A stretch of DNA of 64,000 nucleotides from assembly GCA_963727485.1 (NCBI GenBank), contig CAVSGM010000002.1:1088001-1152000 (forward strand), written 5' to 3'. The position numbers and the translations under genes were made by a program. Of this stretch, positions 19,139 to 28,500 are shown piece by piece. Origin of the DNA: an uncultured delta proteobacterium. GTDB lineage: Bacteria > Myxococcota > Myxococcia > SLRQ01. Under the pieces are notes generated by a model. It worked only from the letters and a program-made list of their open reading frames with translations, searched no databases and was not told the DNA's origin. Numbering within the stretch: position 1 is the first letter of the stretch; each line of letters starts with the position of its first letter.

Positions 19139-19959
19139 CCCGCCGGGGCGTAGACCCGCACCCAGTCCACCACCAGGCTCTGGGGGAGCACCGAGGGGTC
19201 CGGGGCGCCGACGTAGCTCCCGCCCACCGCGAGGTTGAGGATCAGGTAGAAGGGGTGGTCGAAGACCCACTTCGCCCCCGCGGGGAGGTCGGCCCGCACC
19301 ACCACCTGCCAGGTCTTCCCGTCGAGGTCCCAGGCGATCCAGTCGGGGGTCCACTCCACCCCGAAGGTGTGGAAGGCGCCGTCGAAGCCCACCTCGCCGT
19401 CGAGGTAGCGGTTGGCGGTGAGGGCGTTGCCCCCGGAGTAGCCGGGACCATGGAGGCTCCCGCTGACCTTCATCGGCTCCTGGCCCCGGTTCTCCATGAT
19501 GTCGATCTCGCCGCAGTCGGGCCAGCCCACCGTGTCGACGTTGGCGCCCAGCAGCCAGAACGCCGGCCACATCCCCTGGCCGGCAGGCAGCTTCATCCGC
19601 GCCTCGAAGCGGCCGTACTTGCGCTCGAGGAGGCCCCGGGTCACCAGCCGCGCCGAGGTGTAGGCCGCGCCCTGGTAGGCCTCGTGGCGGGCGGTGATCG
19701 CCAGGTGCCCCTGGCCGTCGAGGGAGGCGTTCTCGGGGCGGTCGGTGTCGTACTCGAGCTGCCCGTTGCCCCAGCCGCCGCTCCCGGTGCCGAGGTCGAA
19801 GGCCCAGTGGCCCGGGTCCGGGGACTGCCCGGCCGGGCCGCTGAACTCGTCGGACCACACCAGCTTCCACTTGGTTGTGGTGTCGCAGCGGGCGAAGCCC
19901 ATCAGCGGCAGGGCGAGGGCGACCAGGAGGCCGGTGCGGAGGGCAGGAGACGCGGACAT
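19135..19959 (-). CDS. GH16 laminarinase-type endo-beta-1,3-glucanase, secreted
   Basis: WSDEF, GWGNGQLEY, YTSARL, GMWPAFW, EIDIME catalytic motif, FYLILNLAVGG. Confidence 0.93.
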   Translation of the reverse strand: MSASPALRTGLLVALALPLMGFARCDTTTKWKLVWSDEFSGPAGQSPDPGHWAFDLGTGSGGWGNGQLEYDTDRPENASLDGQGHLAITARHEAYQGAAYTSARLVTRGLLERKYGRFEARMKLPAGQGMWPAFWLLGANVDTVGWPDCGEIDIMENRGQEPMKVSGSLHGPGYSGGNALTANRYLDGEVGFDGAFHTFGVEWTPDWIAWDLDGKTWQVVVRADLPAGAKWVFDHPFYLILNLAVGGSYVGAPDPSVLPQSLVVDWVRVYAPAG

Positions 19960-19969
19960 CGGGACCTCC

Positions 19970-21211
19970 CTAGCGGCGCGCGGGGACGGCGGGAAAGAGC
20001 CGGGGATCGGTGAGGGCCCGGTCGAGGAGGAGGGTGGCGGCGCCGATGGCCGAGGTGCGCGCCCCCAGCTCGCTGACCACCAGGCGCGAGACCTCCACCG
20101 AGGAGATCAGGGTGCGGGCGTGGACCACCTGGCGCATGGGCTCGAGGAGCCGCTCCCCGAGGCGCGCCAGCCCGCCGCCGAGGATCACCCGGGCGGGGTT
20201 CACCAGGTTGAGGAGGCCGGCGATCACCGTGCCCAGGTCCTCGGCGGCGCTGGCGACCACCTCCAGGGCCAGGGTGTCCCCGGCGAGGGCCGCGTCCTCG
20301 AGGTCGGCGAGGCTGAAGTCGCGCCCGGCCAGCACGCTGTCCGGGTGGGTGGCGAGGCGGTCCCGCGCCTGCTGCTTGAGCGCCGGGGCCCCGACCCGGG
20401 TGACCAGGCAGCCCCGGAGCCCGCAGCTGCACCGGGCGCCGTCGGGGTCGATGGACACGTGGCCCATCTCCCCGGCCATCCCCGCGGACCCCCGGTAGAT
20501 CTGGCCGTTGATGAAGAACCCGGCGCCGATGCCACTGGCGAGCTTCACGTAGACGAAGTCGTCGATGCCCCGGCCCGCGCCCCACCAGCGCTCGGCGAGC
20601 GCCCCGAGGTTGGCGTCGTTGTCGACCACCACCGGGACCCGGTAGCGCCGGCGCAGCCGGGCGCCGAGCTTCACCCCCCGCCACGCCGGGAGCACCACCT
20701 CGTTGAGGAGGTCGGGGTTCGCCGGGTCCACGGGGCTGGGGACCGACATCCCCACCCCCATCAGGCGCGTCCGCTTGCCGCCCCAGGTCGCCAGCGCCGC
20801 CGCCGCCAGGGCGTCGACCTGGGCGAGGGCACCCTTCGGGTCGTCGCGGACCGGGTGGCGGACCGTCTCCCAGGCGAGCACCCGCCCCCGGAGATCGGTG
20901 ACCACCGCCGCCACGTGGGTGGCGCCGAGGTCCACCCCCAGGATCACCGCGGCGGCGTCGTCGAACTCGAGGACGATGGGCCGGCGCCCGCCCCGGCTCT
21001 TGCCCGCGCCCACCTCCTGGACCAGGCCCAGGCCGAGGAGCTCCTCGACGATGAGGGAGACGGTGGAGCGGGACAGCGCCTTGCGCCGGGCGATCTCCGC
21101 CCGGGAGATGCGCCGCGCCTCCCAGATGAGCCGGAGGACCTCCGAGAGGTTCGGGCGCGGCGGCGGGGCGTCGGCGGCGCCGGGGCGCGCGGTCTTGGCG
21201 GCTTCGGCCAT
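19970..21211 (-). CDS. ROK-family transcriptional repressor (HTH + sugar-binding)
   Basis: ISRAEIAR...LSRSTVS HTH, GGRRP, GVDLG, DNDANLGALAE, GEMGH...CSCG..GCL. Confidence 0.93.
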   Translation of the reverse strand: MAEAAKTARPGAADAPPPRPNLSEVLRLIWEARRISRAEIARRKALSRSTVSLIVEELLGLGLVQEVGAGKSRGGRRPIVLEFDDAAAVILGVDLGATHVAAVVTDLRGRVLAWETVRHPVRDDPKGALAQVDALAAAALATWGGKRTRLMGVGMSVPSPVDPANPDLLNEVVLPAWRGVKLGARLRRRYRVPVVVDNDANLGALAERWWGAGRGIDDFVYVKLASGIGAGFFINGQIYRGSAGMAGEMGHVSIDPDGARCSCGLRGCLVTRVGAPALKQQARDRLATHPDSVLAGRDFSLADLEDAALAGDTLALEVVASAAEDLGTVIAGLLNLVNPARVILGGGLARLGERLLEPMRQVVHARTLISSVEVSRLVVSELGARTSAIGAATLLLDRALTDPRLFPAVPARR

Positions 21212-21246
21212 GGGCTGGGCTCGTCCCGGGGTCGGGTGCGCCCCTC

Positions 21247-22635
21247 CTACCGGTGGAAGTAGAGGTTGTCCACGAACACCGTGCTCTTTGCGGTGGGCAG
21301 GGCCGAGAGGATGAGCTGCGCCAGGTGCCCCCGGGCGGTGAGGCCGGTGAAGGCGGTCAGCGGGATATCGAGGCGCGCCCAGTCGCCCTGGGTCAGGGCC
21401 GGGGTGGTGCCGGCGGTGAAGGCGAGCTCCTGCTCGCTGTCGTCGCCCCCACCGACCGCCCCGTCGGCGCCGAAGTCCACCAGCTTCACCCGGAAGGTGG
21501 TGGCGTTGGGGGTCCAGACGTCGAGGTGGAGGTAGCTCATGGCGCTGGCGTCGATGAGGTTGGCGCCGGTGAACTCGATGCCCACGAAGTCGAGGTTCGA
21601 GTACTGCTTCATCGGGTCGCCGTCGATGGTGACGTCGGTGAGGTCCGCGGCGCTCCAGCTGGTCCGCCAGGTGTCCACCGGGACGCCGGGGTAGGCGGTG
21701 GAGAGCAGGGAGATCACGTCGCTGGCCTTGGCGGTGGGCGCCGGCGGGGCGGCGGTGGGCGCGGTGGGCAGCTGGTCGACGACGTCGACGGTGAAGCGCC
21801 CGGGCACCGCCTTGCCGGCGAGCCTGGCGGTGACGGTCGCCTGCCCCAGGCCCACCGCCGTCACCTGGCCTTTGGCGTCGACGGTGGCCACCGAGGGGTC
21901 GGAGGAGGTGAAGCCGAAGAAGGCCCGGGCCGGCCCGCCGTTCTTCACGGTGCCGTCGACGGCGCGGACGGTGCCGTCGGCGTCGGTGTAGTGGAGGGTG
22001 AGGCCGGCGACCTGGGTGGTGCCCCCGACCACCAGGTGGGTGGTGGCGTCGGCGAGGGCGGGCTTCAGGTTCAACGAGGCGGTGGGCACCACGTCGAACT
22101 TCACCTCGTCGATCCACGCGGTGTAGGCGGTGGCGGTGGTGGCGACGTAGTAGAACATCCCCTTCTCGGTGGTGAGCTTCGCCGGGTCGGCGATGGGGAC
22201 CAGGTGATGGGTCCAGGTGGGGGTCACCGGGAGGTCGTAGACGGCGCTGCGGTAGGCCGAGGGGTCGGGGTCGAACTCGAGGCCGAAGCCGAGCTGGTCG
22301 AAGGTGGCCTTCCGGGAACCCATGATCCAGAAGGAGAGCGCCGTGGTCCGGGAGAGGTCCTGGGCGCTGCTGGCGAGGACCGCGCCGCCGGTGTAGCCCG
22401 GGGGGCCGGGGACCTCGAGGCGGATGGAGGCGGTCCCGGCATGGGCCCGGCCGGTGTCCACCGAGAGGGCGGTCTCCAGGGAGTACTGGAAGGGGTTCGG
22501 GGAGAACCCGGTGGCGAAGGCGTCGTCGAACACGACCACGCCCCGCTCCACCGGCGGCTCGTCGAAGCACCCGGTGCCCAGCAGCACCGGGAGCGTCGCC
22601 ACCAGGAGAAAGACGAGCCAGGAGGAGCGGGGCAT
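21247..22635 (-). CDS. Surface lipoprotein with carbohydrate-binding-like and Ig-like (Big_2) domains
   Basis: LGTGC lipobox; DLSRTTALSFW...IADPAKLT.EKGMF galactose-binding-like fold; SSDPSVATVD Big_2; C-terminal LDFVGIEF...VDNLYFH module. Confidence 0.75.
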   Translation of the reverse strand: MPRSSWLVFLLVATLPVLLGTGCFDEPPVERGVVVFDDAFATGFSPNPFQYSLETALSVDTGRAHAGTASIRLEVPGPPGYTGGAVLASSAQDLSRTTALSFWIMGSRKATFDQLGFGLEFDPDPSAYRSAVYDLPVTPTWTHHLVPIADPAKLTTEKGMFYYVATTATAYTAWIDEVKFDVVPTASLNLKPALADATTHLVVGGTTQVAGLTLHYTDADGTVRAVDGTVKNGGPARAFFGFTSSDPSVATVDAKGQVTAVGLGQATVTARLAGKAVPGRFTVDVVDQLPTAPTAAPPAPTAKASDVISLLSTAYPGVPVDTWRTSWSAADLTDVTIDGDPMKQYSNLDFVGIEFTGANLIDASAMSYLHLDVWTPNATTFRVKLVDFGADGAVGGGDDSEQELAFTAGTTPALTQGDWARLDIPLTAFTGLTARGHLAQLILSALPTAKSTVFVDNLYFHR

Positions 22636-22648
22636 GGCAGCTCTCCGA

Positions 22649-25318
22649 CTACTTGTGGAAGTAGAGGTTGTCCACGTAGACGGTGGCCGAGCCGGTGGGC
22701 AGGGCCGAGAAGATGAGCTGCGCCAGGTGCTGCTGGTTGGCGAGCCCCGCGGCGACGAAGTCGCTCATGGGGATGTCGAGGCTCACCCAGCCGCCCTGGG
22801 TCACCGCCGGCGTGGTGGCGTCGGTGTAGGTGAGCTGGCCCTCGGTGTCGTCTCCGCCGCCAAAGGCGCCGTCGGCCCCGAAGTCCACCAGCTTGATGCT
22901 GAAGGAGGTGATGTTCGGGGTCCAGAGGTCCACGTGGAGGTAGGTGTAGCCGGTGGCATCGATGAGGTTGGCGCCGGTGAACTCGATGCCCACGAAGTCG
23001 AGGCCCGAGTACTCGATCATCGGCTCGGAGGCGATGGTGACCTGGTTGTAGGTCGCCGAGCTCCAGCTGGTCCTGAAGGTGTCCACCGGCACGTCGGTGT
23101 AGGCGCTGGAGAACAGCGAGATCACGTTGGCCTGGCTGGCGGTGGGCGCCGTCGGGGCGGTGGTGGGCGCCTGGGGTCCGGCGGACACGGTGATGGCGGC
23201 GCTGCCGGGGACGGTGACCCCGGCGACGGTGGCGGTGACGTCACAGGTCCCGGCGGCGACCCCGGTGACCACGCCGGTGGCGTCGACGGTGGCCACGGCG
23301 GGATCGCTGGAGGTGAGGTCGTACCAGCGGAAGCCCACGTTGTGCAGGGTCAGGTTCGGGACGGTGAAGACCACGGTGTTGGGCGCCGGATCGATGGCCG
23401 CGGTGCCCCCGGGGGCGACGGTGAGGCTGGGCCAGTTCACCACCGCGCCGGTGGGAGCGCCGAGGTTCGCGGACGAGAGGGTCTCGTACTGGATGTCGTC
23501 GAACCAGAGGGTGTAGGCGCCCTCGGTGGAGCCCTCGGCGAAGTGGAAGAGCCCGGTGAGCGCGCTCGCCTTCGACGGGTTGGGCAGCGGGATCACGTAC
23601 TGGACCCAGGTGGTGCCCACCGGCAGCGCGGTGAGCTCGGCGGCGGCGCTCACGTCCCCGTCGGCGGCGTTCCCCAGGCCGGCGACGTCGAGGGTCGCCG
23701 CCTGGCTGGCCTTCACCCAGAAGGTCAGGGCGTTGAACCCCGAGAGGTCCCGGGCGGGGCTGGCGACCAGGGCGCCGCCGGTGTAGTTCGTCGCCGGCAC
23801 CTCGACCTTGAGGCTGGCGGTGCCGCTGTGGTGCTCGGTGGTGTCCACGGTCACCACGTTGGTGGCCCCGCCGAAGTCGGCGAAGCTCACGTCGGGGGCG
23901 TAGTCGTCGGCGAAGACCACGCTGGTCGGCGGCGTGGCTGTGGCCACGGTCACGGCGGCGCTCCCGGGGACGGCGAGGGTGCCGAGCATGGCGGTGAGGT
24001 CCGAGGTGCCGTCGGCGACGGCGGTGACGAGGCCAGTGGCATCGACGGTGGCCACCGAGGTGTCACTGGAGGTGAGGTCGAACCAGCGGAAGCCCACCTT
24101 CGACAGGGTCTCGGCGGGGGTGGCGTAGGTGACGGTGTTGCCCGCGGGGTCGAGGCTCGCGGTGTCCGCCGGCGCCAGGGTGAGGTCGGCCCAGCCGATG
24201 GTGGCGGCGGTGGCGGCGGCGAGGTCGGCGGGGGCCAGGGTCTGGTAGGCGATGTCGTCGAACCAGAGGGTGTAGGCGCCCTCGGTGGAGCCCTCGGCGA
24301 AGTGGAAGAGGCCGGCGATGGCGCTGGCCTTCGCCGGGTTGGGCAGGGGGATGACGACCTCGGTCCAGCCGGTGGTCACCGGGACGCTCGCCAGCTCCGC
24401 CGAGTAGGGGGCGTTGCCGCTGGCGTCGTTGCCCAGGCCGGCGACGTCGAGGGTCGCCGCCTGGCTCCCCTTGACCCAGAAGGTGAGGGCGTTGAAGCCG
24501 GTGAGGTCCCGGGGGCTCGAGGCCACCAGGGCGCCGCCGGTGTAGTTCGCCGCCGGCACCTCGACCTTGAGGCTGGCGGTGCCGCTGTGGTGCTCGGTGG
24601 TGTCCACGGTCACCGCGTTGGTGGCCCCGCCGAAGTCGGCGAAGCTCACGTCGGGGGCGTAGTCGTCGGTGAACACGGCCCCGGGGACCACGGCGCCGCT
24701 GACGGTGACGTCGCTTCCGGCGGTGAGCCCGGAGGCGGTCTCGGTGGCGGTGATGGTGGCGGTCCCGGCGCCGGCGGCGGTGACGAGGCCGGTGGCGCTG
24801 ACGGTGGCCACGGTGTCGTCGGAGCTGGCGAAGGTGACGCCGGTGGTGAGGGTGGCGGTGGAGGCGTCGCTGTAGGTACCGGTGACGGTGAGCTGCTGGG
24901 TGTCGCCGGCGGTGAGGGTGACGGTGGCGGGGGCCACGGCGATGGCGGTGAGGCTCGGGGGCGGCGGCGCGGTCACCTCCACCGAGGCGGTGGCGGTCTT
25001 CCCCGAGGCGGTGGCGGTGAGGGTGGTGGTGCCCTCGGCGGCGGCGGTGACCAGGCCCGAGGCGCTCACCGTGGCCACGGTGGCGTCCGCGCTCTGCCAG
25101 GTCACCCCGGAGGTGATCGGCGAGACCGAGCCGTCACTGTAGGTGCCGGTGACGGTGAGCTGCCGGGTCGCGGCGATCTCGAGGGTGAGGGTGGCCGGGG
25201 TGACGGCGATGCTCGTGAGGGTCGGGCTGGGGGTGGGGCTGGGCCCGCAGGCGGCGACGCCGAAGGCGGATACCAGGACCAGGGACCACAGGGACCAGTG
25301 GGACCGAAGGCTGTTCAT
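22649..25318 (-). CDS. Large multi-modular surface lipoprotein (Big_2 repeats, duplicated CBM-like module, C-terminal CBM-like module)
   Basis: RBS GAGGAG, VAAC lipobox; several SSD..VATVS/D Big_2 repeats; duplicated DDYAPDVSFADFGG module; C-terminus paralogous to the 21247-22635 product. Confidence 0.8.
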   Translation of the reverse strand: MNSLRSHWSLWSLVLVSAFGVAACGPSPTPSPTLTSIAVTPATLTLEIAATRQLTVTGTYSDGSVSPITSGVTWQSADATVATVSASGLVTAAAEGTTTLTATASGKTATASVEVTAPPPPSLTAIAVAPATVTLTAGDTQQLTVTGTYSDASTATLTTGVTFASSDDTVATVSATGLVTAAGAGTATITATETASGLTAGSDVTVSGAVVPGAVFTDDYAPDVSFADFGGATNAVTVDTTEHHSGTASLKVEVPAANYTGGALVASSPRDLTGFNALTFWVKGSQAATLDVAGLGNDASGNAPYSAELASVPVTTGWTEVVIPLPNPAKASAIAGLFHFAEGSTEGAYTLWFDDIAYQTLAPADLAAATAATIGWADLTLAPADTASLDPAGNTVTYATPAETLSKVGFRWFDLTSSDTSVATVDATGLVTAVADGTSDLTAMLGTLAVPGSAAVTVATATPPTSVVFADDYAPDVSFADFGGATNVVTVDTTEHHSGTASLKVEVPATNYTGGALVASPARDLSGFNALTFWVKASQAATLDVAGLGNAADGDVSAAAELTALPVGTTWVQYVIPLPNPSKASALTGLFHFAEGSTEGAYTLWFDDIQYETLSSANLGAPTGAVVNWPSLTVAPGGTAAIDPAPNTVVFTVPNLTLHNVGFRWYDLTSSDPAVATVDATGVVTGVAAGTCDVTATVAGVTVPGSAAITVSAGPQAPTTAPTAPTASQANVISLFSSAYTDVPVDTFRTSWSSATYNQVTIASEPMIEYSGLDFVGIEFTGANLIDATGYTYLHVDLWTPNITSFSIKLVDFGADGAFGGGDDTEGQLTYTDATTPAVTQGGWVSLDIPMSDFVAAGLANQQHLAQLIFSALPTGSATVYVDNLYFHK
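23766..24669. repeat. Intragenic duplication (offset 759 bp = 253 aa)
   Basis: 23766-23910 and 24525-24669 are identical except two positions; further identical blocks near 23495 and 24254. Confidence 0.9.
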
Positions 25319-25402
25319 GTCCTCTCCTCTGCGACACGCGCGCCCGCCGACGCGGGCCTTGGGTCTCGGGGACCCTCGGAGACGCGCTGCCCCCCGGCCC
25401 CT

Positions 25403-25453
25403 TGACTTTGTTTGTACGTCGAACAAACTAATGAACGACAGGTCCTCTGTCAA
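25403..25453 (-). promoter_or_regulatory. sigma70-type promoter (TTGACA 25453-25448, 17 bp, TAGTTT 25430-25425) overlapped by ROK-type operator, in a divergent intergenic region
   Basis: Reverse complement TAGTTTGTTCG-ACGTA-CAAACAAAGTCA aligns without gaps to the 11928 site. Confidence 0.8.
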
Positions 25454-25508
25454 TCGTCGTCGCGCCGCGCCGGCGGGCGAGGACCCAGCCCGCCAGGGAG
25501 GCACGGAC

Positions 25509-28500
25509 ATGGACGGCACCGGACGCATCCACTACGGCGCGGGCCCGATGCCCCCCAACGCCCCCGGGGCGACCGGCGCCCTGGTCGAGGCCCACGGTGA
25601 GGCGGGCTACCGCATCGAGCAGGTGGAGGCCCTGGCGCCGTTCCTGGTGACGGTGGTCAGCGACTCGGACCTCTGGCTCTTCGCCGCCAGCAACGGGGCG
25701 CTGACCTGCGGGCGGGTGAGCCCGGCCACCGCCCTCTTCCCCTACGTCACCGAGGACAAGCTCTACGACGCCGCCGGGACCACCGGGCCGGTGACCGCCC
25801 TGCGGGTCACCCGGGGCGGGCGCACCGCCCTCTGGCATCCCTTCGACGACGCCGACCGCCGGGTGTGGCGCGTCCGCCGGCGCCTGTTCAAGAACCTCCT
25901 GGGGACCCACCTGGTCTACGAGGAGGAGAACCTCGACCTCGGCCTGCGCTTCACCGCCGGGTGGCGGCCCGCGGACCGCTACGGCTTCCTGCGCACCGCG
26001 ACCCTCGAGAACCTCGGGGACGACGCCACCGAGGTGGCCCTCCTCGACGGCCTGGTGAACCTGATGCCCGGGGACGCCGACGAGCAGCTCCAGCGCGAGT
26101 CCAGCGTCCTCCTCGACGCCTACAAGGAGGCCGAGCGCCTCGCCGGCTCGACCCTCGCCGTCTACACCCTGGCGGCCCAGCCGGTGGATCGCCCGGAGCC
26201 CAGGGAGGCCCTCCACGCCACCACCGTGTGGCAGGCCGGCCTCGAGGGCGCCCGGATCCACCTCGACGCCGGGGTCCGCCCGGCCTTCGACCGGGGACAC
26301 GCCCCCACCCCCCCGGCGGCGACCCGGGGGCGGCGCGGCGCCTACCTCGCCGAGGCCCGCCTGGCCCTCCCGGCCGGCGGGCGCCACACCTGGGGGATGG
26401 TCGCGGACGTGGCGCGGACCCAGGGGCAGGTCGCCGGCCTCCGCGCCGCCCTCACGGATCCCGAGGCCCTCCTCGCCGAGGTCCGCGCCGACGCCGCCCG
26501 GGGCGCCGAGCGGGTGGCGCGCCTGGTCGCCGCCACCGACGGCCGGCAGCTTACCGCCGACGCCCTGGCCTCGGCCCACCACCAGTCCAACGTCCTGTTC
26601 AACGACCTGCGCGGCGGGGTCTACGCCGAGGGCCAGGCGATCCCCGGCGCCGACTTCGCCGCCTTCGTCGGGGCGATGAACCGCACGGTCCTCGCCCGCC
26701 ACCGCGCCCGCCTCGAGGCGCTCCCCGAGCGCCAGCCCCGGGCCGCCTTCGAGGCGGCGATGGCCGAGGTGGGCGACGTGGACCTGGCGCGCCTCGCCGC
26801 CGAGTACCTGCCGCTCACCTTCGGCCGGCGCCACGGGGATCCCAGCCGCCCCTGGAACCGCTTCGAGATCCGGGTCCAGGACGCCACCGGCGCCCCGGTC
26901 CTCGACTACCAGGGCAACTGGCGCGACGTGTTCCAGAACTGGGAGGCCCTGTCCCAAAGCTTCCCCGGCTTCGCCGAGCAGATCCTCACCCGCTTCGTCG
27001 ACGCCTCCACCGCCGACGGCCACAACCCCTACCGGATCGGCCGGTTCGGGGTGGACTGGGAGGTCCCGGAGCCGGACCACCCCTGGAGCACCATCGGCTA
27101 CTGGGGCGACCACCAGGTGGTCTACCTGCTGCGCCTCCTCGAGCTCTCGCTGGCCCACCACCCGGACCGCGTCCCCGCCCTCCTCGAGGCCCGGCGCTTC
27201 ACCTACGCCGACGTGCCCTACCGGTTCCGGCCCTTCGACGAGATCCTCGCCCACCCCCGGGACACCCTGGTCTTCGACGCCGAGCGCCACCAGCGGATCC
27301 TCGAGCGGGTCGCGGCCCTCGGCGGCGACGGGCGCCTGCTCCCGGGCCCCGACGGACCGGTGAAGGTCACCCTGGTGGAGAAGCTGTTGGTCCCGGCCCT
27401 GGCCAAGCTCTCGAACCTGGTCCCCGGCGCGGGGATCTGGATGAACACCCAGCGGCCCGAGTGGAACGACGCCAACAACGCGCTTTCGGGCTACGGGGTC
27501 AGCGCGGTCACCCTCTGCCACCTCGACCGCTACCTCGAGGTCCTCGAGGGGCTCCTCGGCCCCCGGGCCGGCTCCCGGACGCCCCTGTCCCGGGAGGTGG
27601 CCAGGTGGCTCGAGGGGGTCCACGAGGTCCTCGGCGCCCACCGGGCGGTGGCCTACGCCGAGGCGGTGGACGACGCGGCCCGGGGCGCGGTGATGGTCGC
27701 CCTGGGCCGGGTCGCCGCCGACTACCGCGCCCGGGTCTACCCCCAGGGCTTCTCGGGGACCGACCTGGTGCCGGTGGAGGCGATCCTCGATCTCCTCCAG
27801 GTGGCCCGGGTCTTCCTGGCCCAGGCGATCCGCCTCGCCCGGCGCCCCGACGGCCTCTTCCACGCCTACCAGGTGCTGGTGCCCCGGGGGCCGGGCCTCG
27901 GCTTCGGCCTGGAGACGCTGCCGGAGATGCTCGAGGGGCAGGTGGCGGCGCTGGCCACCACCACCGTCGACGACCAGACCGCCTGCACCCTCCTCGACGC
28001 CCTCTTCGCCAGCCGCCTCTACCGCGCCGACCAGGGGAGCTTCCTCCTCTACCCGGACCGGCGCCTCCCCACGTTCCTGGAGAAGAACGGGGTGCCCGAG
28101 GCCACGGTCGCCGCCTCCCCGGTCCTCACCCGGTGCCTCGCCGAGGGCGACGGACGGATCCTCCGCCGGGACCCCACCGGGACGGTGCGCTTCGCCCCCC
28201 AGCTGGTGAACGCCGCGGCGGTGGCGGCGACCCTCGACGACCCGGACCGGCCCGGGCCCGCCCTCGGGGAGGCCGAGCGCGCCGAGGTCCTCGCCGCCTA
28301 CGAGGCGGTGTTCCACCACCGGGCCTTCACCGGGCGCAGCGGCACCATGTTCGCCTACGAGGGCCTGGGGAGCATCTACTGGCACATGGTGGGCAAGCTG
28401 CTGCTCGCGGTGCAGCGACGCTTCGTGGACGCCGCCGAGCGCGGGGCGTCCCCGGCGCTCCTCGACCGCTTCGCCGGCCACTACCTGGCGATCCGCGCCG

